Assembly (NCBI GenBank): GCA_040770465.1
Contig: JAXGJB010000008.1
Span: 1 to 64,000, forward strand
Direction: 5' to 3'
DNA: 64,000 nucleotides
Origin: Methanothrix sp.
GTDB taxonomy: Archaea > Halobacteriota > Methanosarcinia > Methanotrichales > Methanotrichaceae
The translations under genes were made by a program, and so were the position numbers. Within the stretch, counting starts at the first letter, position 1. Every line of letters begins with the position of its first letter. The notes beneath the pieces were generated by a model. The model was not told the origin of the DNA and ran no database searches. It saw only the letters and a list, made by a program, of their open reading frames with translations. Shown here one piece after another: positions 48,317-60,025 of the stretch.

Positions 48317-49282
48317 ATGTTCAACAGATCCAATTTTGCGGACGCCGACGCCGACCCTGAGGAGGCGGAGTTTGTCATCGTGGGTGCTCCCTTCGATGCC
48401 ACGACCTGCTTTCGGTCCGGGACCCGAGAGGGGCCGGGAGCCGTGCGGCGGGCGTCTTACAACTTCGAGACCTACGTTCACCGGCACGGCATAGATTTCA
48501 GGGATATCACCGTCGCCGATCTCGGAGACCTCGATCTGGGGGCCGACCCAGCCTACGCCCGGCAGACGATCCGGGAGAGCTTTGCTTTCATCCCGGAGGT
48601 GGCGATCCCGATATTCATCGGAGGCGAGCATTCCATCACCCCGCCGATAGTCGCCGAGGTGGCCCGGCGGCACGGAAACATCGGGGCCGGAAACGGAGTC
48701 GGCGCCGGCAGCGGTGGTGGCGTTAGCAACGTTAGCAACGTTAGCAACGGCAGCAACGGCAGCAGCGGCAAGAGCGGCATCGGAGTCCTCGTCCTGGACG
48801 CACACCTGGACTTGCGGAAGGAGTACGGCGGGACGAAGCTGAGCCACGCCTGCGCCAGCCGCACCATCCTCGAGACCGACGGGGTCGCAGGTTACGCCTC
48901 GATAGGGATCAGGTCAGGCGACCTGGAGGAGTACATCTGGGCCGAGGAGAACGGCGTCCATTACCATTCGAGCGACGAGGTGAGAGAGAGGGGGATTGAG
49001 GCGGTCCTGAAGGACGCCCTGAAAGAGGTGGGGTGCGAGAAGATCTATCTCTCCATCGACTTCGACGCCCTCGACCCCGCCTACGCTCCGGGGGTCGGGA
49101 CCCCCGAGCCCTTCGGCCTATCGTCCTGGGACGTTCGGTACATCGTCGAGAAGGTGGCACCAAAAGCCATCGGCCTGGACGTCAACGAGATCGCGCCTCA
49201 GTTCGACGGGGGCCAGACAGCGTCCCTGGGCGCGAAACTGATCAGGGAGTTCATCGCCGCAAAAGCTGCGGCGAACAGGTAA
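48317..49282 (+). CDS. speB: Agmatinase (ureohydrolase)
   Basis: PFD.T..FRSG.REGP, GGEHSIT, DAHLD, SHAC, SIDFDALDPAYAPGVGTPEPFG. Confidence 0.93.
   Translation: MFNRSNFADADADPEEAEFVIVGAPFDATTCFRSGTREGPGAVRRASYNFETYVHRHGIDFRDITVADLGDLDLGADPAYARQTIRESFAFIPEVAIPIFIGGEHSITPPIVAEVARRHGNIGAGNGVGAGSGGGVSNVSNVSNGSNGSSGKSGIGVLVLDAHLDLRKEYGGTKLSHACASRTILETDGVAGYASIGIRSGDLEEYIWAEENGVHYHSSDEVRERGIEAVLKDALKEVGCEKIYLSIDFDALDPAYAPGVGTPEPFGLSSWDVRYIVEKVAPKAIGLDVNEIAPQFDGGQTASLGAKLIREFIAAKAAANR
48722..48766 (+). repeat. In-frame 9-bp tandem repeat inside speB
   Basis: (GTTAGCAAC)3 GGCAGCAAC GGCAGCAGC encoding VSNVSNVSNGSNGSS. Confidence 0.9.
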
Positions 49283-49321
49283 ATTTCCGAGCGGGATCGA
49301 TAGGCGATCCTGGTATTCTTC

Positions 49322-49504
49322 TCAAAATCTCGGTTTCTGGAGACTTGATCCTCTGATTTTCCTGGAGTCCTCTTCAAGCCCTCTCAGGAGATCTTCGTCC
49401 TTGATGGCGCCGAAGTAGTCTGCGAGGTTGGGCTTTTCCCGCTCCTCCAGCACGTCGATGGCGTTGCTGAAGCTGTCGTCCTCGTTCATCTTTTTCTTCA
49501 GCAT
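49322..49504 (-). pseudogene. Archaeal VapB-like antitoxin fragment (orphan)
   Basis: LKKK....SFS..I...L.DYFG; usual N-terminal beta-strand absent; no vapC follows. Confidence 0.55.
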
Positions 49505-49615
49505 CTCGTTGTCTCCATTATGATGGAAGGGTCTTGGTTCTCATGCTTCTGTGAAGTGGTATACTTCGCCTTCGAGAGTTCGAGCATCGGATCATTCTGC
49601 GATCTCGATCTCGTC

Positions 49616-50530
49616 TTACTCCTCCCCAAAGTAGTCCAGATCGACCCTCTTGACTCTGTAGGTGGCGACGTCGGCGACGCCGATGTCGTGGTCTATCATG
49701 AACTGGGCGAGCTGCTCCCCATCGATCAGGACGATCTTTGGCTGCTGGATGGATCTGACGTAATCTTTCGCGTCTTTGGAGAATTGTGAGGTTGTGATCA
49801 TAACGCCTTTTCCGGCCCTGTTTCCCATCAGGCTGCCGGCGAAGGCCTGGACCGTCGGCCTCCCCACCGTTCCCTCCCATCTCTTGGCCTGGATGTAGAC
49901 GGCGTCGAGGCCGAGCTTATCCTCTTTTATAATGCCGTCAATGCCACCGTCGCCGCTCCTGCCGACGGCTTCACCAGCGTCCTTTCGGGAGCCTCCATAT
50001 CCCATCGCCACAAGCAGGTCCACCACAAGTCTCTCGAAGAACTCGGGAGAGCACCCCATTATCCGGTCGAGGAGATCCTGAGCCAGGTCTTTTCTCAGGT
50101 TCTGATAGCTGGTCTCCAAGACCTCTTCAGGGGTTTTTGTCTTGTCGGCGGTGTCATTTTCAGTATCGGTGTTGACATCTTTGGACGCCCCATCTCGAAA
50201 CTCCAGAAATTCTGGGAATTGTTCCAGAAACTTGACGTTGATCTCCGGCGGATTCTCTCTCAGGACTGCCAGACCTCGATCGTTTATCCGGAACTTTCCT
50301 CTTCCCGTGCTCTCCAATAGTCCGGCCTTTTTCATGTACGTCCTAGCCCATGCAACTCTGTTGTCGAGCTTGGCCTGCCTGCCGCTGGGAAGTAGCTCAC
50401 GCCTCTCGTCGTCGTTAAGCTCAAATTGATCCGCCAAAGTCTCTATGACCTGGTGAAGGCTGTGCTCTTCTCCATCTCTCAATACCTTCAAGAGCGGGAG
50501 CATCAGGCTCTGGTAATCTGGAACTGTCAT
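49616..50530 (-). CDS. mrr: Mrr-like type IV restriction endonuclease
   Basis: PDYQSLMLPLL, NRVAWARTY, FFERLVVDLL..MGYG, DGGIDG, YIQAKRW, LIDGEQL. Confidence 0.95.
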   Translation of the reverse strand: MTVPDYQSLMLPLLKVLRDGEEHSLHQVIETLADQFELNDDERRELLPSGRQAKLDNRVAWARTYMKKAGLLESTGRGKFRINDRGLAVLRENPPEINVKFLEQFPEFLEFRDGASKDVNTDTENDTADKTKTPEEVLETSYQNLRKDLAQDLLDRIMGCSPEFFERLVVDLLVAMGYGGSRKDAGEAVGRSGDGGIDGIIKEDKLGLDAVYIQAKRWEGTVGRPTVQAFAGSLMGNRAGKGVMITTSQFSKDAKDYVRSIQQPKIVLIDGEQLAQFMIDHDIGVADVATYRVKRVDLDYFGEE

Positions 50531-50587
50531 CTCCGCCGACCTCGCCGCTTTCCTATTTCAGTCCAGATAATTAAGTCCTGTGCTCTT

Positions 50588-51481
50588 TTATCCTCTCTTT
50601 TCTCCCATCAGAGCCTCAAACCCCACCAGAACGTCCTGCATCTCCGAGGATATCGCCTCCTGACGCCTTTTCCGGTACTGGCTGGATAGCTCGCTCAGGT
50701 GCTCCTCAATGTTCCTCTCCGCCGCCTGCATCGACGAGAGCCTGCTGGCGTTCTCGCTTGCCAGAGACTCCACGAAGGCCCGGTAAAGGGAGGTGAAGAT
50801 ATGCTCCCGGACCAGGGAGGAGAAGAGCCGCTCCGGCTCCATGGAGAAGGTGGGCAGAGATCGGGAGGGCCATTTTCTTTCGGCGAGATCGGCCAGCCAT
50901 GCGGGGTCGAGGGGAAGGAGCCGGGCCATGGATGGGCGGAAGGCCGCCAGAGGTCCCGGCACCGGCCGGTTGTAGAAGAGGACGATCCGGTCCAGGCCGC
51001 CCTCCCTCCGCCACTCCTCGATCTTGACCAGCACCTCCCCCATCACCTCGGCTATGCCCAGAAAGTCGCCGGAGAAGGAGAACCTTCCTTCGACCTCAAG
51101 GCCTCCATCTTCCAGGTGGCCGAGGACCCGATCGCCGACGGCCACGGCCCTCGTCTCCTCGGGTTTCATCTCGGCGATCTCGCCCAGGGCGTAGCTTGCG
51201 ATCTGTGGGTTGAACTTTCCGCAGAGCCCCTGCTCGGAGCCGAAGATCACCGTCCCCAAAAGCTCTGGCTTCTCCGATGGAAACGGAGCCAGAACGATCT
51301 TTCCGCTCTTCATCACCACCGTAAGCCCCATCTCGATGCTCCTCGCGTACTCGCCCAGGGACTGGACCGCCCTCTCATACTCGCGAATGTTCGTCGAGCT
51401 GATGGCCTTCATTATCCTGACCACCGACTGCAGCCCCCGGGCGTTCTTGATCTTCCTTTTAACCCGCTCCAGATCTTCCAC
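50588..51481 (-). CDS. atpG: N-ATPase gamma subunit
   Basis: VV..MK, GSEQGLCGKFN, SLASENASRL..MQ.A..NI, RQ..I. Confidence 0.93.
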   Translation of the reverse strand: MEDLERVKRKIKNARGLQSVVRIMKAISSTNIREYERAVQSLGEYARSIEMGLTVVMKSGKIVLAPFPSEKPELLGTVIFGSEQGLCGKFNPQIASYALGEIAEMKPEETRAVAVGDRVLGHLEDGGLEVEGRFSFSGDFLGIAEVMGEVLVKIEEWRREGGLDRIVLFYNRPVPGPLAAFRPSMARLLPLDPAWLADLAERKWPSRSLPTFSMEPERLFSSLVREHIFTSLYRAFVESLASENASRLSSMQAAERNIEEHLSELSSQYRKRRQEAISSEMQDVLVGFEALMGEKRG

Positions 51482-51494
51482 GACCCGTCCTCCC

Positions 51495-53018
51495 TCAACC
51501 CTGAAGTGCCTCTTTGAAGATCTTCAAAAGGAGATCGCGATCTTCACTGGTCAGCTCCTCGCCCGACCCGATCCTCTGAATGATCTCCGGCTGCCTTTCC
51601 CGAAGGGCCTTTCTTATCGCCTCCTTGGCCGAGGCGACCTCTCCCAGGGGAACTTTGTCCAGAAGCCCCGAAGTCACCGCCAGGAGGACCGCGATCTGCT
51701 CGGGGGCGGGGATCGGCTCGAACTGGGGCTGCTTCAGAACCTCCCGGATCCGTTGCCCCCGCTCCAGGGTCTTTCTCGTATCCTCGTCCAGCCTGGTCCC
51801 AAACCGGGTATAGGCCTCCAGGTCCTCGAACTGCGAGTAGGTGAGGCGGAGGTCGCCTGCCACTTTGGAGTACGCCGGAAGCTGGCTTTTTCCTCCCACC
51901 CGAGAGACGGACATGCCCACGTCGACCGCCGGAAGGACCCCCTTCCCGTAAAGCTCGGGGGAGAGGTAGATCTGGCCGTCGGTGATGGAGATGAGGTTTG
52001 TGGGGATGTAGGCGGAGATGTCTTGGGCCTGGGTCTCGATGATGGGAAGGGCGGTGAGGGAGCCTCCCTCTTTGAGGTTTGTGGCCCTCTCCAGGAGCCT
52101 GGAATGGATGTAGAAGATGTCCCCCGGAAAAGCCTCCCTCCCCGGCGGGCGGCGGAGGAGGAGGGAGAGCTCCCGGTAGGATCGGGCGTGGCGGGTCAGA
52201 TCGTCGTATACGATCAATACGTCCCGCCCCCCCTCCACGAAGTGCTCGGCGATGGTGGTGGCGGAGTAGGGGGCTATGTAGTTGATCCCGGGCGGATCGT
52301 CGCCGGTGGCCACTACGGCGACTGAGTTCTCCATGGCCCCGTTCTTGCGGAGATCTGCGATCGTCTTCGCCACCTCCGACTTCTCCTGGCCGATGGAGGA
52401 GTAGACGCAAACTACGTCCTTGTCCCTCTGGTTGATGATGGCGTCGACGGCGAAGGCGGTCTTCCCGGTCTGTCGGTCGCCGAGGATCAGCTCCCTCTGG
52501 CCCCGGCCGATGGGGACCATGGCGTCCACCGCCATCACCCCCGTCTCCAGGGGGACGTTCACCGGAGCCCGATCCATGATCGCCGGGGCCTCTCGCTCGA
52601 CGGACCTTCTCTCCGAGGTCGAGATCGGCTCGCCCTCGTCCAAGGGATCGCCCAGAACATTCACCACCCTGCCCAGGAGCTCATCTCCCACCGGCACCTC
52701 CATCACCTTTCCGGTCCGGTGGACCACCTGCCCGGCCCTGACCTTCTCGCTCTTGTCGAGGAGGATGACCGCCACCTCCTCGGGGTCGAGGTTGAAGGCG
52801 ATCCCCAGCCGATCGCCGGGAAAGACGACCACCTCCTCAGACCGAACGTGAGGCAGCCCCCTGATCCGGGCGATCCCCTTTCCCACGAAGGATACGACCC
52901 CGATCTCCTCGAACTTCAGCTGGAGCTTTTTTCTCTCCAGAGTATGGCTTACGGCGCTGAAGGCGTAGTTCAGGGCATCGCCGACCGCCTCGTCCCCCTT
53001 CTTCTTCCTCTCCATCAT
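51495..53018 (-). CDS. atpA: N-ATPase alpha subunit
   Basis: [54 protein letters not shown]. Confidence 0.97.
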   Translation of the reverse strand: MMERKKKGDEAVGDALNYAFSAVSHTLERKKLQLKFEEIGVVSFVGKGIARIRGLPHVRSEEVVVFPGDRLGIAFNLDPEEVAVILLDKSEKVRAGQVVHRTGKVMEVPVGDELLGRVVNVLGDPLDEGEPISTSERRSVEREAPAIMDRAPVNVPLETGVMAVDAMVPIGRGQRELILGDRQTGKTAFAVDAIINQRDKDVVCVYSSIGQEKSEVAKTIADLRKNGAMENSVAVVATGDDPPGINYIAPYSATTIAEHFVEGGRDVLIVYDDLTRHARSYRELSLLLRRPPGREAFPGDIFYIHSRLLERATNLKEGGSLTALPIIETQAQDISAYIPTNLISITDGQIYLSPELYGKGVLPAVDVGMSVSRVGGKSQLPAYSKVAGDLRLTYSQFEDLEAYTRFGTRLDEDTRKTLERGQRIREVLKQPQFEPIPAPEQIAVLLAVTSGLLDKVPLGEVASAKEAIRKALRERQPEIIQRIGSGEELTSEDRDLLLKIFKEALQG

Positions 53019-53797
53019 CTTGCTCGCTTCTCTTTTGGAGTTCTCTCTTCGATGACCCGGGAGAAGTCGGCCTCCAGGGAGTCGAGGTATCCGGCGATGC
53101 TCCAGGAGATCTCCGCGTTTCTTGCGTAGATCTCAATCCCGGAGATCAGATCCTCGTCGATCTCGAAATGGACCCTCACCTCGGCCCCGGTCTGTTCCCG
53201 CAAGACCTCCTTGATCTTCTCCTGGACGTTTTCGGGGATCTCAAAGGCGCTTCGGACAACGATCAGCTGCTCAGGATATTTATAAAACTCCTTGAATGCC
53301 TCCTTCTCCGAATCGTCCATTCCCTCCAGCCGATCGATGAAGGTCCTGATCATCTGCCGTTCCAGCTCCTCGTCGGCCAGGTCCCGGAGGACGCGGCGGG
53401 ATATGGCGTAGACCTGCCTTCCGGTCCTCTCTTTGAGATCGTCGAGGAAGGCCTTCTTCGAGCTCTCCACTGCCCCGTACCACTCGGCCTTGCTCCTCTC
53501 GACATCGGCCTCCGCCTTCTTTTCGAGGTCGGCCCTGAAGTTCTTGGCGTCCTCCTTCGCCTTTATCAGCATCTCCTCGTGCTCCGCCGAGATCTCCTGC
53601 TTCTTTTTCCGATAGGTCTCCCGCTCCTCCTCGGCTGCCCTCTTCTTCTCTTCAACCTCCTCCAGCCGGGAGGCGATCACCCGCTCCCGCTCGTCCATCA
53701 GCTTCAGGACCGGTGCGTAGAGGAGGTGCTTCAGGAGGAGCACCAGGATCAGAAAGTTCACCATCTGGGCCAGGGTGGTGAAGTAGTCGATCTGCAA
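53015..53797 (-). CDS. atpF: N-ATPase b subunit with fused delta-like domain
   Basis: [17 protein letters not shown] helix, coiled coil, C-terminal LISGIE..WS..YL. Confidence 0.9.
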   Translation of the reverse strand: MQIDYFTTLAQMVNFLILVLLLKHLLYAPVLKLMDERERVIASRLEEVEEKKRAAEEERETYRKKKQEISAEHEEMLIKAKEDAKNFRADLEKKAEADVERSKAEWYGAVESSKKAFLDDLKERTGRQVYAISRRVLRDLADEELERQMIRTFIDRLEGMDDSEKEAFKEFYKYPEQLIVVRSAFEIPENVQEKIKEVLREQTGAEVRVHFEIDEDLISGIEIYARNAEISWSIAGYLDSLEADFSRVIEERTPKEKRAR

Positions 53798-53799
53798 CG

Positions 53800-54075
53800 C
53801 TATCCACCCATTCCGATCACGTAGTCCCAGAACGGATTGGAGAAGATCAGGATTATCGATATCACGAAACAGTAGATGGCGGTGGACTCGATCATCGCGA
53901 GGCCCACAAAGAGGGTCCGCGTGATGGTGTTCGCCTCGTCGGGCTGCTGGGCGATGGCGCTGAGGGCGCGGGATAGGGCCCAGCTCTCACCCACTGCGGG
54001 GCCAATCGAGCCTATGGCGATGGTCAGGCCGGCTATGATTATGGAAGCGGTGCCTATGGTATCTATCGCAGCCAT
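53800..54075 (-). CDS. atpE: N-ATPase c subunit
   Basis: GPAVGE, QQP loop, IESTAIY Na+-type motif. Confidence 0.95.
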   Translation of the reverse strand: MAAIDTIGTASIIIAGLTIAIGSIGPAVGESWALSRALSAIAQQPDEANTITRTLFVGLAMIESTAIYCFVISIILIFSNPFWDYVIGMGG

Positions 54076-54076
54076 G

Positions 54077-54820
54077 TCAGTTTTCTCCTTCAGTTCTCGC
54101 TTCGTTTTCTCCTTCAGTTTCCTCTTCTTTTTCAGTCTCCTCTTCGACCGCCTTATCGTTTGAGCTGGCCGATACTATGTATACCGTGGCCAGAACTGCG
54201 AAGATGTAGGCCTGGACCTGGCCGATCAAGAGCCCGAAGAGGTCCATTATCACTGGCAGAAATAGGGGGGCTAGGGCGATCAGGACGGCCACCAGGAGGG
54301 TCTGGCTCATCATGTTCCCAAAGAGCCTCAGGGCCAGAGCCACCGTCCGAGAGATCTCCCCTATGACGTTGAAGGGGAGCATCAGCGGCGTCGGCTGGAC
54401 GTACCGCCTGAAGTAGCCGGATGCGCCCTGCTGCAGGATCCCAAAGACCGGGACCGCAAAGAAGACGCAGGCGGCCAAAGCCGTCGTGGTGGAGAGGGAG
54501 CTGGTCGGCGACCTGTAGCCGGGCACAATCCCCAGGATGCTGGAGAGGGAGAGGAATAGGAAGAGGGTGCCGGAGAAGGGGAGGAAGGGGTCGGATTCTC
54601 TGCGGGCTATCTCCCGGATCTCCTTTCTCATGTAGCTGATTACCGTCTCCAGGGCGACCTGCCTCCTGGTGAAGGGGGGGGTCGCCGAGAGCCCCCAGGT
54701 CGATACCCAGGCAAGAATGACCAGGATTCCGATCACAACCCAGGTGAAGACGATCGTCTCGTTGATGGTGACGACCCCCCACCTCCAGAGGACCGCCTGG
54801 TCGGGGCTCAGCTCCACCAT
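54077..54820 (-). CDS. atpB: N-ATPase a subunit
   Basis: SPTS.LSTT, PFN..GE.SRT.ALALRLFGNMM, QAYIF. Confidence 0.95.
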   Translation of the reverse strand: MVELSPDQAVLWRWGVVTINETIVFTWVVIGILVILAWVSTWGLSATPPFTRRQVALETVISYMRKEIREIARRESDPFLPFSGTLFLFLSLSSILGIVPGYRSPTSSLSTTTALAACVFFAVPVFGILQQGASGYFRRYVQPTPLMLPFNVIGEISRTVALALRLFGNMMSQTLLVAVLIALAPLFLPVIMDLFGLLIGQVQAYIFAVLATVYIVSASSNDKAVEEETEKEEETEGENEARTEGEN

Positions 54821-54822
54821 CT

Positions 54823-55110
54823 CTAGACCTCCCTCCTCTCAGGGTGGCGGCCGAGCCGGCCGACCATGACCATCTTAGTGATGATGAAGCCCACAAGGGC
54901 GAAGGCGAGCGCTTCAAGGCCAATCTCGACCAGTAGATAGAAGCCGAGGATGCAGATCAAAGATCGGAAGAGGAAGCTTCCCAGGGTCAGAAGCTCTGGC
55001 CTCTGAGAGCGCTGGAGCCGGTTCATGGTCAGCCAGAGGCCTCCGAAGAAGAAGACTCCAAGGCCAATCCCAAAGGTGAAGCTGAAGATAGGCAGAAGAT
55101 GCTCATTCAT
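54823..55110 (-). CDS. atpR: N-ATPase AtpR
   Basis: G..LG.FFFGGLW.T, SF..R; lies between atpQ and atpB. Confidence 0.85.
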   Translation of the reverse strand: MNEHLLPIFSFTFGIGLGVFFFGGLWLTMNRLQRSQRPELLTLGSFLFRSLICILGFYLLVEIGLEALAFALVGFIITKMVMVGRLGRHPERREV

Positions 55111-55475
55111 CCGGCTTTCTCCCCCTCGATCATCGGCTCTCTCTCCTCGATTTCTGTTTTTCTCTCCTCGATCACCGGCTTTCTACCCTCGATCTCAGAC
55201 TGCTCCTTTCTGACCCAATACCAGGCGTTGGCGCATCCCACGATCAGGCCGGCGGAGAGGAAGACGAGGGTCCAGGAGATGGGGCCGGGGTATCGTCTGT
55301 CGATCCAGACGCCGATAGCCACCCCGATGAGGGTGGGAACCGCCACCGACCAGCCGACAACGCCCATCATCCCCAGGCCAAACCATACGCCTCTGGCCCG
55401 CTCCCTCCGAGCCTTGATCTTCCGCTCCTCTTTTGCGCCGATCTCCTCTTCAAAATCCTCTCGACCTCTATCCAT
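55107..55475 (-). CDS. atpQ: N-ATPase AtpQ (AtpZ/AtpI family); start uncertain
   Basis: K..RK.KAR, WFGLGMMG.VGWSV..PTL.G..G.W.D, GC.NAW.W. Confidence 0.85.
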   Translation of the reverse strand: MDRGREDFEEEIGAKEERKIKARRERARGVWFGLGMMGVVGWSVAVPTLIGVAIGVWIDRRYPGPISWTLVFLSAGLIVGCANAWYWVRKEQSEIEGRKPVIEERKTEIEEREPMIEGEKAG

Positions 55476-55527
55476 CGTCTCTTCCTTGTCTCTCGTCTCT
55501 TCCTTGTATCTCGTCACTTTTCCCGGA

Positions 55528-57275
<1,748 letters not shown>

Positions 57276-57325
57276 TCATCTCACCCCGGATCCATCCTGG
57301 TTCAAAGCCGCTACCACCTCGGGTC

Positions 57326-57676
57326 TCATCTCACCGTCGGCCTTCCGCCCTCTTTTCCCGCGGCGCCGAAGTGCTCTTCTATCTCCAGCTCCACCTCCAG
57401 CTTCTTCTTTTTCTGGTCTTCCTTGTAGCTGATCTCCAGGGTGATCGGCTCCTCGGGGTGGAGTTGGATCTTCTGCTGAGAGAGGCCCATCTCCACCGTC
57501 CCTCCCTTCTCCAGGGTATCCGCCAGCTCCCGGAGGAAGGCCGAGGTCTCGGCGAGGCTGAGGGGGTATTCCTCCTCGAAACTGCTCCCATCGGCCTTCT
57601 CCTCGGCCTCGGGCTTTCTCTCTTTCTCGGGTCCTTTCTCAGCTTCTCTTCCGGAGGCGTGCTCTATCATGGGCAT
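57326..57676 (-). CDS. Amphi-Trp domain-like protein
   Basis: LS..E.SAFLRELADTL..G, P...TLEI, KLEVELE; just upstream of atpD. Confidence 0.7.
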   Translation of the reverse strand: MPMIEHASGREAEKGPEKERKPEAEEKADGSSFEEEYPLSLAETSAFLRELADTLEKGGTVEMGLSQQKIQLHPEEPITLEISYKEDQKKKKLEVELEIEEHFGAAGKEGGRPTVR

Positions 57677-57893
57677 CAGAATCGCTCCTTTGATTAAACA
57701 GATATTTATTTAGAGCTGCATAATTAATAAATTTATCCCTCGATCGAGATCAGTTGAAAAAATTAATTTTCAAAAAGGGACGCCCAATCAATCTGGTTAT
57801 TCCGTCCCTCACCGCTTCTCTCCAAGAATCTCATCCGATTGGGCAAAGGCGCTTGATGATGGAGGGATCGTTTGTCCGGATTCTTTCTGTCCA

Positions 57894-58046
57894 TTACTCT
57901 CTATCATTCGTGATCTTCTGCAGCTTTCTCCTCCGTCGATGGTTCATGATGTCCTTCATGATGTACTCTCGCCAGGTTCGGTCTCCTTTGGCCATTGAGA
58001 GCTGCTCGAACTCTTCATCGTCGAGGTTGATGGTGATGTATCTCAT
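57894..58046 (-). CDS. Small (50 aa) ribbon-helix-helix-like protein, not in ORF track
   Basis: GAGGT RBS; MRYITINLDDEEFEQLSMAKGDRTWREYIMKDIMNHRRRRKLQKITNDRE. Confidence 0.7.
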   Translation of the reverse strand: MRYITINLDDEEFEQLSMAKGDRTWREYIMKDIMNHRRRRKLQKITNDRE

Positions 58047-58076
58047 TAATTTACCTCTTACTTTTGAGCGGAAAGC

Positions 58077-58883
58077 TCACCTGGTGGTGTAACCGCCGTC
58101 TATGATCAGCTCCGATCCGGTCACGAACTTAGCCTGGTCCGAGACCAGGTAGAGGACGCCGTAGGCGATGTCGTCCGGCTCGCCGATGTGGCCAATGGGG
58201 TGGATTCTGTCCAGCTCTCTTCTGAGATCCTCAGCGGGGACGTTCAGCTTCTTGGACTGATCGTTGAGGAAGTCTTCCACCATGGGGGTCCAGATGAAGC
58301 CGGGATGGACTGAGTTCACCCTGATGTTGTCTTTAGCGTAGAAGAGAGCCCCCGTCTTGGCCATGATCCTGTTGGCTGCCTTGGTGGCGTGGTAGGCGGG
58401 GACGTCCTGGGCTCCGACGATTCCGTATATCGAGGATATGTAGACGATGTTCCCTCCCCCGCTCTTCTTCATGTAGGGGACGACGTACTTGGTGCAGAGG
58501 AAGGCTCCGGTGACGTTGACGTCGAATACCTTCTCCCACTCCGCTTTCGAATATTCGTGGATGGGCTTGTTGGGGCCGGAGATCCCGGCGTTGTTCACCA
58601 GGATGTCCATCCTGCCGAACTTCTCGTAGACTGCTCGCACCACCTCTTCGACCCTCTTCTCGTCGGTCACGTCCAGCTGGTGGTACTCTGCAGATCCCCC
58701 GGCGGATTTGATCTCCTCGGCGACCCTTTCCCCCTCGTCCTCGGTCCTTCCGGTGATGATCGAGATCGCGCCCTCGTCGGCCAGGACCTTTGCGATCGCC
58801 TCGCCTATGCCATAAGTCGAGCCGGTGACTATCGCCGTCCTGCCCTCCAGCCGTCCTTTCTTGCCTTCTTTCATCTCCTCCAC
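58077..58883 (-). CDS. Short-chain dehydrogenase/reductase
   Basis: TGSTYGIG, DILVNNAG, SS, Y...K, IRVNSVHPG, DGG. Confidence 0.93.
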   Translation of the reverse strand: MEEMKEGKKGRLEGRTAIVTGSTYGIGEAIAKVLADEGAISIITGRTEDEGERVAEEIKSAGGSAEYHQLDVTDEKRVEEVVRAVYEKFGRMDILVNNAGISGPNKPIHEYSKAEWEKVFDVNVTGAFLCTKYVVPYMKKSGGGNIVYISSIYGIVGAQDVPAYHATKAANRIMAKTGALFYAKDNIRVNSVHPGFIWTPMVEDFLNDQSKKLNVPAEDLRRELDRIHPIGHIGEPDDIAYGVLYLVSDQAKFVTGSELIIDGGYTTR

Positions 58884-58930
58884 CTCCGCTCATTTTCACG
58901 AATTTTCGGGGATTGCGACTTTGTTCATTA

Positions 58931-59161
58931 CTACTTCTTCTTCCATCTGCCGCTGTCCTCATCCTTCTCGTAAACCTTCTTCACCGCGGCCCAGGCGACC
59001 TTGTGGGCGGTCTCCTCCCGGGAGGCTTCCCCTCGGCGATCTTCGGGATCGGCGTACTCGTCCCAGGCGTTGTTGAAGGCCTTCATGTAGATCTCCTGGG
59101 CGTGGTTGGGCAGGTTATCTCTGACGCTCTGGGGAAGCTCGTCCGGGCTTTCATAGGGCAT
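58931..59161 (-). CDS. chaB: ChaB family protein
   Basis: MPY...ELP.SVR..LP.HAQEIY..AFN.AW, AHKVAWAAVK. Confidence 0.93.
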   Translation of the reverse strand: MPYESPDELPQSVRDNLPNHAQEIYMKAFNNAWDEYADPEDRRGEASREETAHKVAWAAVKKVYEKDEDSGRWKKK

Positions 59162-59370
59162 TTTTTCTCACCGGAATTATATTCTGATCCAAGATTATTT
59201 AAGCTTTCCCTTACCAAATAAATTCCATCCGAATTGCCGCCCCGAGGGCGAGCGTCCGATGGAAGGTACGGATCCGGGCCACAAGGCCTTTTATAGAAGA
59301 TCGAGCGTGGACAAAAATTTAATCTGGGAAGTAAATATATTCGGCTACAAATGATGGTGAGGATGTGTGG

Positions 59371-59994
59371 ATGGTATCAGTACTTGATCTTGAAAGGCTC
59401 CTCCAAAATCTGAAGGATTCGGATTTGGACGAGCTGGTGCGGATAGCAAAGGAGATGGACTGGAATGCTCTGATATATTCGTCTGAAGAGCAGGAGGACT
59501 GGGAGAGGCTGAAGCAGAGTCTTGGGGAGGGTGATCTGAGAGAGACGATATCGCTGTTAAAGGGGATGGATCTGGAAGGGCTGATCGATAGCTCCAAAAG
59601 CTCAAGCCTGGACGAATTTAAGGAAAGGCTGAAGAGCCTCGACCTGAAGAAGGCGATGATAGCCCTCGGCCTGATCTTGATGGCCAGGAAGGCTCTGGCA
59701 GAGGTCGGCGGCGAGGATGCCGGGAATGAGGGGGCCGAAGCGACCTCGGCTGAAGAGACCAAGATCAGGGTCGAAGCTAAAACCGTGGAGATGGAAGCGT
59801 TTCCCGAAGATGAAAATGAAAGAGAAGAAGAAGACAAAGATAATTTCGTCGGCTCCAATGGCTCTGACAAATATCATCGGCCGGATTGCGGCCTGGCCAA
59901 GAGGATTTCGCCGAAAAACAGGGTCTGGTTTTCCAGTGTCGAGGATGCAAAGTCCCTGGGGTACAGGCCCTGCGCCCTCTGCAGCCCATCGTGA
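59371..59994 (+). CDS. Protein with C-terminal Ada-type metal-binding domain
   Basis: FVGS..SDKYHRPDC..AKRI..N..F....A...GYRPC..C.P. Confidence 0.75.
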   Translation: MVSVLDLERLLQNLKDSDLDELVRIAKEMDWNALIYSSEEQEDWERLKQSLGEGDLRETISLLKGMDLEGLIDSSKSSSLDEFKERLKSLDLKKAMIALGLILMARKALAEVGGEDAGNEGAEATSAEETKIRVEAKTVEMEAFPEDENEREEEDKDNFVGSNGSDKYHRPDCGLAKRISPKNRVWFSSVEDAKSLGYRPCALCSPS

Positions 59995-60025
59995 TGTTAT
60001 TTTGAGCTGATGGAGAAACGGCTTT

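Noticed and set aside
47928-49282. aIF5A-agmatinase adjacency as a novelty
   Set aside because: A well-known conserved archaeal gene pair
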